Numbered from the stretch's first letter, positions 53,518 to 63,630 are shown. The stretch is DNA of 64,000 bases from Obrimoposthia wandeli (GCA_977020255.1 CDROCS010000799.1:124001-188000), one strand, 5' to 3'. Notes: a model not told the origin generated them from the sequence alone. Numbers and translations are program-made.

Positions 53518-53982
53518 ATGTTAACAAATATTAATTATAAAGGAATTTGCTTAGATGATGTATCCAAATTAAAATTTCGAATACGACCAGAACAATACGT
53601 TTATAAAGCCAAAGATTATACAATACTTATTTTTAGAAATAAGAAATGCAGGATTATGGGATGTAAGGTACCTATTAAAAATATTTCTTACCCTTTAAGA
53701 ATAAATATACTTGGTATTCAATCAATTACGATATGTGAAAATTTAGAACAAAGTATCAATCTATTTATATTATCGAATGTATTACGTAATGCATGTTCAT
53801 TTGACCCTGAGGTTTTCCCAGGCTTAAGATTAAATATTTTCAATCCATTGTGTGTAAATATTTTCACATCTGGAAAGGTCGTAATTTTAGGTCTTAGAAA
53901 TTTAGATTTTCAAGATCAAGTTAACGATATCATGACATACATTAAAAAAAAATTATATAAATACGAAACAATTTCTAATTAA
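53518..53982 (+). CDS. TATA-binding-protein-like (TBP fold, both repeats), intact 154 aa
   Basis: TNINY...ILIFRNKKCRIMG (repeat 1; cf. QNIV...ALIFSSGKMVCTG) and IQS...FDPEVFPGLRL...VNIFTSGKVVILG (repeat 2; cf. YEPELFPGLIY...LIFVSGKVVLTG). Confidence 0.9.
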   Translation: MLTNINYKGICLDDVSKLKFRIRPEQYVYKAKDYTILIFRNKKCRIMGCKVPIKNISYPLRINILGIQSITICENLEQSINLFILSNVLRNACSFDPEVFPGLRLNIFNPLCVNIFTSGKVVILGLRNLDFQDQVNDIMTYIKKKLYKYETISN

Positions 53983-53997
53983 ATCATTCAATTTTAA

Positions 53998-54384
53998 ATG
54001 TCTTATAAATCCGTTCAAAAGTATTACGAGTATGATATGTTCTTCTTGGCATCTGCATGGATTCAACCAATGACTATGCCAGTGACATTATCAAAAACTT
54101 TGTACAATTACCGAGTCTCTGATTTTGATGACAAAGACATTCAACAATTCAATGAAATCGTCAAATATTTGAAAATTGATGTTGAACTAGAGAATGAGGG
54201 TATATTTATGCGCGGAGATAAGTGTAAATTTTATGATTGTGGTGGAACAAAGATTTCGGATATTCAAGAAGATGGAAGAAGTTGGATGCTCGAAATAAAA
54301 TTTCTCGGATATAAAATAAATAAACAGAATGAAACAACTCTCATCTGGAGGATTCATACAGCGACCGAATATTTTGATGTTTAA
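53998..54384 (+). CDS. Unknown 128-aa Polinton protein, possibly OB-fold ssDNA-binding
   Basis: Intact ATG ORF with a beta-rich C-terminal pattern (KFYD...WMLEIKFLGYKI...TLIWRIH). The fold is inference only. Confidence 0.55.
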   Translation: MSYKSVQKYYEYDMFFLASAWIQPMTMPVTLSKTLYNYRVSDFDDKDIQQFNEIVKYLKIDVELENEGIFMRGDKCKFYDCGGTKISDIQEDGRSWMLEIKFLGYKINKQNETTLIWRIHTATEYFDV

Positions 54385-54465
54385 TAAATATTTAATAAAA
54401 TGTTGTTATTGTTATAAACATGTACTTATTCTGATATATTTATTTTATATTAATATTTATATATA

Positions 54466-55113
54466 ATGTTATTAACAAACATTTCAACTTTTCAAGTAGT
54501 AGGACCAAGTGGTAGTGGAAAAACTTTATTTGTTTGTAAATTATTAAATTCAAAAATGTTTAAAAATAAATTTAATAAAATATATTAGCATCAAGGTGGT
54601 GATGGAGAAGCTGGTTTAACAAACCAAGAATTTAATAAAATAAAAAACATTAAGATTATTAACGGTTTTGATGAAAATTGGACGACAAGACTCGTAAAAG
54701 GTGATGTAATTGTTATTGATGACTTATATCAAGAGGCTAACAAAGAATCTGATTTTAATGATTTATTTACAAAAATTGCAAGACATAGAGAAGTTACTGT
54801 AATTTTTATAACCCAAAATTTATTTCATCAAGGAGGAAATCATCGTACTCGTAATCTTAATGTACATTATTTGATTTTATTCAAAAATCCTAGAGATCAA
54901 ACAGTGATAGATTTTATTGCTCGTCAAGCATTTCCTCATAACAAGAGTTATTTAATTGATGCGTTTCATGATGCTACATCTTTACCACATGGTTATTTAT
55001 TTTTAAATTTTACTCAATCATGTCCTGATGATTTAAGAATTGTTACTGATATATTTAACCGTAATGGTATTACAGTCTATAAACAAATAAATAATAATAA
55101 TGTTTTAAAATAA
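54466..55113 (+). CDS. A32-like packaging ATPase with one premature TAG (54586-54588; TGG in the paralog)
   Basis: Walker A VVGPSGSGKT, Walker B IVIDD, ARHREV..ITQN, LFKNPRD. Confidence 0.93.
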
Positions 55114-55114
55114 A

Positions 55115-55528
55115 ATGAATTTTAAAAAGAGTATTCTTAAACATAGTAAAAGGACAGATAAAGATGAAGTTAAAAAATTAATAAATACTGTATTATATGA
55201 TCGTAATAATATTGAATTTTCAAAAAGTTTACCTTATTTTAAAACCTTAATTGACGTACCAAAAACGAATAAAATGAAAATGTTGAAATCATTTCCAATT
55301 TATGTAGTTGATGATTTAATAAAAATTTTAAATAAAATAATTTATGGTAAAATTAAACCTGATGATAATATTTTAAAATATAAAAATTCATTAATAAATT
55401 TAGCAAATTCACGTGGTAAAATTAATAAAAGAAACATTATTTATAATCAAAATGGCGGATTCATATTGGCCCTACTGCCCGCTTTAGCATCAGTAATAGC
55501 TAGTGTTATATCTTCAAGATGGGGATAG
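55115..55528 (+). CDS. pX-like virion protein with adenain cleavage site QNGG/F and C-terminal amphipathic peptide
   Basis: ...YNQNGGFILALLPALASVIASVISSRWG; position between ATPase and INT. Confidence 0.7.
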   Translation: MNFKKSILKHSKRTDKDEVKKLINTVLYDRNNIEFSKSLPYFKTLIDVPKTNKMKMLKSFPIYVVDDLIKILNKIIYGKIKPDDNILKYKNSLINLANSRGKINKRNIIYNQNGGFILALLPALASVIASVISSRWG

Positions 55529-55672
55529 TTGTCTTAATAACGAAAATAATTACATTCATTCGTTTTATACAAACATATAAACAGATTAAAATATATTTAA
55601 CTTTTATAATAATGGGGATAAACAATACAAAGTTGTCTAACTTATTTATAAATTTTAATTCTTCATGCTGCA

Positions 55673-56697
55673 ATGGAAAAGATTTGGAACAATCCAGAAG
55701 ATCCAGACGGTTATACAGGGTTAGAAAAATTGACAAAAAGAGTCAAACAATCAAAAACAAACACACAAAAATGGTTAAGAAATGAATTATCATATAGTCT
55801 GAATAAACCTTTAAGACGTAAATTCCCTACTAGATCATATAAAACTAATGGTATTAATTCGTTATGGCAAATGGATTTAATGGAAATGATTCCTTATTCT
55901 TCAGTAAATAACGGATTCAAGTATATTTTAACTTGTATTGATGTATTTAGTCGTTTTGCAAGGGCAGTTGGTGTTAAATCAAAATCAGGTATTGATTTAT
56001 TACATGCAATAGAATCTTTAATTGTTGATGATGTACCAGTAAATATCCAAACCGATGAAGGTAAAGAAATTTTAATTCACATGTTAAGAAATTATTTAAA
56101 ACTGAAAATATCAATCATTATTCAGTATATTCTCAATATAAAGCTGCAGTAGTTGAAAGATTTAATAGAACGTTAAGAGAACGGTTAAAGAAATATTTTA
56201 CTAAACAAGGTAATAAGAAATGGGTGAATGTATTACCAAAAATTATTTATGCTTATAATAATTCTAAACATAGAGGTTTAGATGGTTTAAAACCTGTAGA
56301 TGTAAATAATAAAAATGAATTTGATATTTTGTTGAAACAAAATCTAAAAGAAAAGAAACTTAAATCTAAATATAAAATTGATGATTATGTTCGAATATCA
56401 AAAATAAGTACAAGTCCATTTATTAAAAATTTTAATCAAAATTGGAGTGATGAGGTTTTTCAAATTCATGATATTAATTATAAACAAAATCCAATAATGT
56501 ATATTTTAAAAGATATTGATAACGTCATCATCAAAGGAAAATTTTATAAACAAGAGTTACAATTAATTGATAAACCTAAACTATATCGAATACAAGAAAT
56601 TTTAGAAACTAAAGGTCGTGGTAAGAATAAACAATATTACGTAAAGTGGCACGGATACTCTGAACCTTCTTGGATATTTGCTTCTCAAATTGAATAA
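55673..56697 (+). CDS. Retroviral-type (rve) integrase with chromodomain; one -1 frameshift at ~56072
   Basis: WQMDL...CIDVFSR...QTDEGKE / KAAVVERFNRTL; C-terminal YRIQEILE...YYVKWHGYSEPSW. Confidence 0.95.
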
Positions 56698-57695
56698 TGT
56701 CAAAATATATTATTTTACCTAGTAATAGTTGTCCAAGTACTCAACCTAACAATACAGCCAATCAATTTACTGTAGATTGGGAAAACTCTCTAAATTTAGT
56801 TGCCTTGACTGAATTTGTATTTAATTTTACTCCTTTAACAATACAAACTAATTCAAAAATACTTTATAAAACGGAAAAGATAGAAATGAAAACTTTCGAT
56901 GTATCTTTTGCAATTTTAAATGGATTAATTTTTAATAATTTAAATACTGTTTTCAATTTCAAAATTACAAAGGGTCAAAAATTAGAAATAAGTACAATTA
57001 ACAGTATTCATCGAATGTTGTTAAAATTCGAAACTTTAGAAGAATCAAAAATTATAGGTTTTAATGAAATACAAAAAATTTCTAGTCATGTTATAACAAG
57101 TGATGAAATTGTTGACATAAATAAAAATATTCATGCTAAAATGAGAATTACAATTTATTATTTAGCTGAATATGAATACGAAATAAAATTTAATCAAAAT
57201 TATTTGATACAAGATAGTACTTCATTATGTAATATTATAGCCAGTAAATGTAATGAAATTTTTAAAAGCTGTAATATAGATTCAGACGGATTATTTGATA
57301 TTTTATTAAAGAAAAATGTAAAATCAGTTTTATTTGACGAAAAACTTGCATCTTTATTAGGTTTTAATAATGTTTTCTTTGAGAAACGAATTAAAGGTTT
57401 TCAAAAACCAACACTTTCTAGCTCATATAATCAAATGTATATTTATACTAGTTTAACAGATTCTGTCTTAGTAGGATCTGATTATGTTCCACTGTTAAAG
57501 TCTATTTGGTTAAAATCATTAAAATATCGATATGGAGATGTAGTAAATGTTAAAATTGATAATCCAATGTACTTGAAAATGAGAGATTCAAGTATTAATA
57601 GAATCGAGGTAAATATACGTGATGATTCTGGTAATTTAATTCCATTTTCATATGGAGCAAAAACTAGTTTAACTCTTCATTTACGTAAAGTATAA
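56697..57695 (+). CDS. Minor capsid protein (penton)
   Basis: IILPSNS...NNTANQFTV...VALTEF N-terminus and MYIYTSL...VG...PLLK...MYL...I..IEVNIRDDSG.LIPF C-terminus, typical of Polinton pentons. Confidence 0.85.
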   Translation: MSKYIILPSNSCPSTQPNNTANQFTVDWENSLNLVALTEFVFNFTPLTIQTNSKILYKTEKIEMKTFDVSFAILNGLIFNNLNTVFNFKITKGQKLEISTINSIHRMLLKFETLEESKIIGFNEIQKISSHVITSDEIVDINKNIHAKMRITIYYLAEYEYEIKFNQNYLIQDSTSLCNIIASKCNEIFKSCNIDSDGLFDILLKKNVKSVLFDEKLASLLGFNNVFFEKRIKGFQKPTLSSSYNQMYIYTSLTDSVLVGSDYVPLLKSIWLKSLKYRYGDVVNVKIDNPMYLKMRDSSINRIEVNIRDDSGNLIPFSYGAKTSLTLHLRKV

Positions 57696-57734
57696 ACAAT
57701 ATAAATATATTTAAAATATAAATATATATATAAA

Positions 57735-58138
57735 ATGAATACATCAATTATAAAATTTTATAGCAAAAGTCAACAGGGCGGTGAACTTCCCTATTTCATT
57801 GGTAAACAATATGGATCTGGTTGGTATCAAACTATTTCTAGATTAGCTATTCCATTGTTAAAAAAGTTGGTTTATCAGCAGCTACAAGTGCTGCCAATGT
57901 AATTGGTGAAACGCTAGGAACAGCGTTCACAAATCCCAAACACATAATTTCATCTCTCAAAGAAAATACAATCAAAGAAGTCAAAACTTTGATTCCAAAA
58001 TTAAAAAATAATGCTGTTGATAGTTTAAATAAAGTCGCAAATTGTGTTGAACAAAATGGAAAGGGTCTTAAACGTAAAAGAAATAATTTAAATAGTATAA
58101 ACAAACGTCTTAAAGGTACTATTTTCCAAAATGACTAG
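57735..58138 (+). CDS. Virion core/cement-like protein with QxGxG protease sites (frameshift near 57862)
   Basis: QQGGELPYFIGKQYGSGW...RLAIPLLKKVG...QNGKGLKRKR. Confidence 0.7.
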
Positions 58139-59351
58139 TATAAAATCTGAATTGTGTATTTTCGATAGACCACTACCTCAAGTAGTGATTGAAAATTCAT
58201 GTTTTGAAGAAATATTTCCAATCAATTCAATTACTGGAAAAAATTTAAATGACATAGAATTTAATATTCATGCATCTGAAGAAGATTATCTGGATTTGAA
58301 TGATACTTTGTTAAATATTAAATTAAAAGTTGTAAATGAAGATGGTACTGATTTAATGAAAGATAGTGATGTAACTCCAGAGAATTACATGTTTCAAACT
58401 TTGTTTAGAGATGTTATTCTAACACTTAATAATGTAAAGGTTGAAGGAGGAAATGGAACGTATACTCATAAGGCTATATTCGATACTCTTTTGAATTTTA
58501 GTAGTGATACCAAGTATACTAACCTTGAATGTAGTGGGTATGATGATGAAGCAGAAAATCGTAAACAATGGATTAGTGAATCTAAAATATTTTCATTATG
58601 TAATTCAATTAGATTAGATTTCTTCGAACAACCAAAATATTTGATTCCAGGGATTAATGTTCATTTGAGATTTATGAGAAATCAGCATAATTTTTCGCTC
58701 TATTCAGAAACTTCAAAATCAATTATTCAAATTCTAGATGCTAGATTGTATGTTAGAAGAGTAAAAGTTGATTCTTCAGTAATGATTGGACATCAGTTAG
58801 GTTTGCAAAGTCAGAATGCAGTTTACCCAATTAGAAAAACTCAGTTAGTAACATATTCAATTCCTCAGGGTTCTTTGGAACTTAATAAAGATCAAATATT
58901 CGGAGACTATCGTTTACCCAAGTTCATTTTGATTGCTTTCAAAGATACACCTCAGGGTGGTAAGGAATACAAAGTTAAATCTTCTACATTCAATACATTT
59001 AATGTTTCAACAATATCATTAGCTAGAAATACAGATTATCGAGAAACTTATAATCTAGATAATAACAATTTTTCATTAGCATATATGCAGTCAATTATTC
59101 GAAATATGAATATTTTAGATAAAAACGTGAATAATGGTATCAGATTTTCTGATTTTAAATCAGGAAGTTCAATTTTCACTTTTCTATTAGCACCAGATTT
59201 TGATATAAACACTACTCAAGTGCCTAAAACTGGTAATTTAAGACTTGAAATTAGATTTAATTCTCCTTTGACCGTTCCAACAAGTGTTTTGATTTACGGA
59301 ATATTTGATTCCGAAATTCAGATTACGAAAAATAAAACTGTGATTGTATGA
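58131..59351 (+). CDS. Major capsid protein (double jelly-roll), intact 406 aa
   Basis: KSELCIFD...Q...E..P...IEF.I....YLDLNDTLL...LF.D..L.LN...FFEQPKYLIPG...LRF.R...A.YP pattern of Polinton MCPs. Confidence 0.9.
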   Translation: MTSIKSELCIFDRPLPQVVIENSCFEEIFPINSITGKNLNDIEFNIHASEEDYLDLNDTLLNIKLKVVNEDGTDLMKDSDVTPENYMFQTLFRDVILTLNNVKVEGGNGTYTHKAIFDTLLNFSSDTKYTNLECSGYDDEAENRKQWISESKIFSLCNSIRLDFFEQPKYLIPGINVHLRFMRNQHNFSLYSETSKSIIQILDARLYVRRVKVDSSVMIGHQLGLQSQNAVYPIRKTQLVTYSIPQGSLELNKDQIFGDYRLPKFILIAFKDTPQGGKEYKVKSSTFNTFNVSTISLARNTDYRETYNLDNNNFSLAYMQSIIRNMNILDKNVNNGIRFSDFKSGSSIFTFLLAPDFDINTTQVPKTGNLRLEIRFNSPLTVPTSVLIYGIFDSEIQITKNKTVIV

Positions 59352-59724
59352 AGTAAGCTTATTTTATATTATATTCTTTATTAAAATTAGTACTTTAGAA
59401 ATTCATAAATCCGGAAAAATATTATTGAATAATAAATTTAATGGAGTATATTCATTGGATAAAATTCCATCATTAAAACCCGGAGGTTACATTATCAATA
59501 CTCATACTTCAAATCTACCAGGCGAACATTGGATAGCAATATTCGTTGACAGATTCAAGATTCGAGTGTTTGATCCTTTTGGATTCTATTATCCTGCAAA
59601 GTTGGTGTCTACACTTGAAAAAGAAAACATTCCAGTCTACTATAATCGAGTTAAATGTCAGAATCCATTAACTAAAAACTGCGGACCTCTGAGTCTTTTA
59701 TGGTTGAAACTTCAACACAAATAA
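59348..59724 (+). CDS. Adenain-like cysteine protease with a 38-nt intron (59353-59390)
   Basis: INT...PGEHWIAI...FDPFG...CQNPLTKNCG (His/Asp/Gln/Cys). Splicing gives an ATG start, MNTLEIH. Confidence 0.92.
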
Positions 59725-59778
59725 TTTTAAGTATAAACAAATATATCATTTTAGTATTTCATTTTATTTTATTTTCAA

Positions 59779-60231
59779 ATGGCTTTTATTGATTTAGAAT
59801 GTTTTATTGATAATAATGGAGAATATATTCCAAAGGAATTATGTATAATGTATGTGAATGATATGACTTGTCCATTTCATTACGTGTTTAAAAATCAAAT
59901 ACCATGGAGTAGTTTATCATTTACAGTTAAAAGAAAAAATCTATATTTGATAAATCATCATCATCAGTTATCCTGGTTTGAAGGTGAAAGCTCTGATATT
60001 CATATTGATGATGTTGAAACAATATTCTATGTTATGGATTCTATTGATGGAAAGAAAATTAATTTAGTGAAACGAATGTTTCCAAATTTGAGAATTGTGA
60101 ATTATAATAAAAGTTTCAAAAATTTAAAGAAAATGCCAAAAAATATTCGATGTCCGTTTAGAAAACACGGAAAACATTGTGCTTATTTGAAATGTTTTTC
60201 TCTATGTATTGATTATGTAAATTGTATATAA
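59779..60231 (+). CDS. DEDD/DnaQ-like nuclease-fold protein with C-terminal Cys/His cluster
   Basis: FIDLECF...PKEL...PW..L...HHHQLSWFEG...CPFRKHGKHCAYLKC. Confidence 0.7.
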   Translation: MAFIDLECFIDNNGEYIPKELCIMYVNDMTCPFHYVFKNQIPWSSLSFTVKRKNLYLINHHHQLSWFEGESSDIHIDDVETIFYVMDSIDGKKINLVKRMFPNLRIVNYNKSFKNLKKMPKNIRCPFRKHGKHCAYLKCFSLCIDYVNCI

Positions 60232-60292
60232 ATATATTTATTAAGGATATTTTATTTTAATATATAATTTATGTTATTTAAATAAATTTTAC

Positions 60293-61056
60293 CATAATTC
60301 TTTAGATGTGTAAGCCTGGGAAAAAAAACTTTGATCTAAATTTTCACATAGAATAGTATGTGTGTGATTACGTAATACATTCTTAACTGATAAGAGTGAA
60401 CTTTAGTTTAAATTTTACATAAAATAGTGTATGTGTGTGTTAAAAACCACATTCCTTAACTGATAAGAGTGAACTTTAGTTTAAATTTCACATAAAATAG
60501 TGTATGTGTGTGTTAAAAACCACATTCCTTAACTGATAAGAGTGAACTTTATCATAAATTTTCACATAGAATAGTATGTGTGTGTGATTACGTAATACAT
60601 TCTTAATTGTTAAGTGTGAACTTTATCATAAATTTTCATTATGGACTAGATTACAAAAAAGAAGGGTGGAGACTAGACCACAAAAAGAAGGGTGGAGACT
60701 AGACCACAAAAAGAAGGGTGGAGACTAGACCACAAAAAGAAGGGTGGAGACTAGATCACTAAAAGAAGGGTGGAGACTAGACCACAAAAAGATGGGTGGA
60801 GACTAGACCACAAAAAGATGGGTGGAGACTAGACCACAAAAAGATGGGTGGAGACTAGACCACAAAAAGATGGGTGGAGACTAGACCACAAAAAGATGGG
60901 TGGAGACTAGACCACTTGACCCTTTAAACTATGGACGACCATAGTAGTATATCAAGGAAGGATGGAGTCTAGATCACTTGACCCCCCCCTCCCCCTCCCC
61001 CTAAAGGGTGTCACACCATAAAAGGTGTCTTGCCACACCATAAGGGTATATGTTGC
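60293..61056 (-). repeat. Right terminal inverted repeat
   Basis: Reverse complement of the left TIR, with different minisatellite copy numbers. Confidence 0.95.
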
Positions 61057-62367
61057 CTCACCAGAGGTGAGGCAACATATACCCTTATGGTGTGGCAAGA
61101 CATCTTTTATGGTGTGACATCCTTATGGAGTGACACCCTTTAGGGGGGGGGGGTCAAGTGGTCTAGACTCCATCCTTCCACCTACTATCCTAGTTACTAG
61201 AAAATGTATAATTTATAATCGGTTTATGATTCAGAATGCTTTAAATTTTTTTATCCGAGATTTACAAACCCGATAATCAGTTACCCGGATTAAAGAATAT
61301 CCAGTGACCTCTATTTCAGAATAATCTTATGATTTATATGCCAACTTACAATAAATTTCTTAAGCAGAATATATATGCAAAAATATTTTAAAAGAAAATA
61401 AAACAAACAATAAAAACTAATGATATATAATAAATTTAAAAAATATTAATATATTTTTCATAAATGAAATATAATTTAAAATCCTTTTAAAATAAAAAAA
61501 ATATTTATAACGGGCAAATTTACTAAAAGTGCCAAAATTAGTATAACAATATAATTTCGAGTTCTTCCTAATTTATAAATACTAACAGTAGTAATATAAT
61601 AATTGTTCGAATCATTCAAGGTTATTCCCAAAAAGTACATATGTTAAAAACGATTTTTCTTCTTTTTGAAAACGGAATATTTTACTTTTGGTACAGGAAT
61701 ATATTAGATGTAAGTTTATTTTTACGTAAATAAAGTTTATTTTCATTTCAGATTAATTTTCAAAATTGCACGATTCTCGGGATAATATATGTATATGTTA
61801 AGTATATGCATGAATATTTTAAAACTAATAATGTATTTATTTGGCTATTATTTATCGTTTTTACCTGTCAATTTGCTATAATATTTTACAATAATCTAAA
61901 CTGATGAGATTTAGGTTTGTGTTAGAAAGTTCAGAAAAACAAGACAGTTGATAAATTATATTGAAAAATAGACAAATTCATAGCAAAATCAATGTCGTCA
62001 TCTAGCAACATTCCCGAATTTACATCATAAAAAAGCATCAATTCAACTGCATAAGTGAGGAGTTGTGAATTTCTTATACTATTGACTAAGTTAAGTAATT
62101 TAGCTATATTAAATTAATAGAAATTTCCATTGAAATAAGTTTGGACAATTGTTTAAAACAATAACACCCACATTATAGAAATATTGGTCCTCATTTATGC
62201 TGTTTCAACATACAGATAATGATGTGGCAGTTACACAAAGGGGGTTTGGAAGGCAAAATTCATAGGTAAACGTACCTCGGTATAAGCGCATAATTTGCCT
62301 CAGAACCGAGCTAGTATCTACATAGGCAATAGGTGATTATGTCAAAACACAGTTGTCGCGAGACACC

Positions 62368-63630
62368 TCAATTAATAGAGTCGTACTGCGGCTGCGATGG
62401 GTTGCTAAAACTGCTGCCGCTACTGCTGTCACCGCCGAACCTCAGAGTTCTCTTTATGAACATATATACGGAGCCGACTACGATGAGCACAAATGGCAGA
62501 CCAAGTCCAAATGCGATCACCAGGATGATACTGAGCGATGTCTCCATCACCGCAGGCGTCCCGAACCCGAAACTGGCGGTCCTAAGACCGATGTAGGGTT
62601 AGCACACTTCATATAAAAATGCCACTATATCACATTATTAATACATTTAATAATGATGCTAATAGCTAATAAATCTATAATATATTACTCAAATGCAATT
62701 TATATTATTCTTCATAATATTTTCTTAATAGTAAAGTATTCAGTGGCTTCTGGAGTTATTCAACATTGTTACAGATTGGTAAATTATTGTAAAGAATCAG
62801 AACATAAATTTCAAATATTCCATCACTCTGTTTATTATTCGAGATTTTCTTTATTAATCTGCTGTACTCATCGTTGCTCTTAACATGCATATACATACTC
62901 ACTGAATTAGGCTCTTGTAGATCACATAAATATTTTGACTTTTTGAGAAAATATATTCTTATTTATATTACAAGGTTTTCAAAGGTTATTGTCTAAATGA
63001 AATGAATAAACTTCAGAGTTTAGCAGATGTTTAAAAGGCAAATTCTCTAAGCGTAAAATAAATAGATTACCCGTAGGTAGTCGCCGAGAAAATGGTGCTA
63101 AACATTTTTACAACAAAATGGAACATTTTAACAGGGCAGAGAAATATATATTGTGCCTTTTACTTTCTTATATATAAAGTCCCACAGACGAATACGGTCA
63201 GTCAAGATTTCAGAAACATACTTCTAGTTAAAATCTTTAATACCTATTGGAATCTGAGTGTCCCACAGAATCGTCCTAGGCTATCTACAAAATCCTCACC
63301 AGATTCTGAAATGTGTCTTGTTGTAAAACTGGTCGGCAGGATTGCCAAAGGTGAGATTGAGTAGCTGCATGGAATTGTTGGGATCCAACATCGAGTCTCC
63401 AAACCAGAGATACACGAGACTCTTTCTGATCACCGCTTCATTGGAGCTGCTTCCCCCATTGTTGTCACTGACGAGAGATTGAGTTAGCTTTTTATGGACC
63501 GAGCAGACTGTGTTGAGGTTTCTTTCGTTCTCTTTGGTATAGCAGACCGGCTTCCATTGCAGATATGTGCTGTTTTGCCACGAGTAATCTTTCGGCTGGC
63601 CATACAGGTTCTCAATCTGTTTGGGAGAGT
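62368..63630 (-). CDS. GLMP: Glycosylated lysosomal membrane protein (NCU-G1/GLMP)-like, 3' part only
   Basis: YLQWKPVCYTK...LNLTFGNPADQFYNKTHFRIW (exon ends 63300) joined to last exon 62581-62368 TASFGFGTPA...IILVIAFGLGLPFVLIVVGSVYMF...YDSIN* (cf. GLMP QWRPVAY, FNLTFG, YQSIN). One apparent frameshift at 63453-63456. Confidence 0.8.

Larger units (their letters stand above)
48961..61179. mobile_element. Near-complete Polinton/Maverick (adintovirus-like, group-2 pPolB with EndoVII insert)
   Basis: ~720-760 bp TIRs flanking pPolB, ATPase, rve integrase, minor and major capsid proteins and adenain protease. No 6-bp TSD found. Confidence 0.97.

Noticed and set aside
53812-53826. 14-mer TTTTCCCAGGCTTA shared by the TBP FPGL codons and the inner TIR ends
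   Set aside because: Single short match fixed by protein constraint; cannot be distinguished from chance.
56061-56088. GTAAAG...TTAAG 28-nt candidate intron explaining the integrase frameshift
   Set aside because: Removing it gives an immediate stop and deletes conserved residues; a 1-nt deletion explains the break better.
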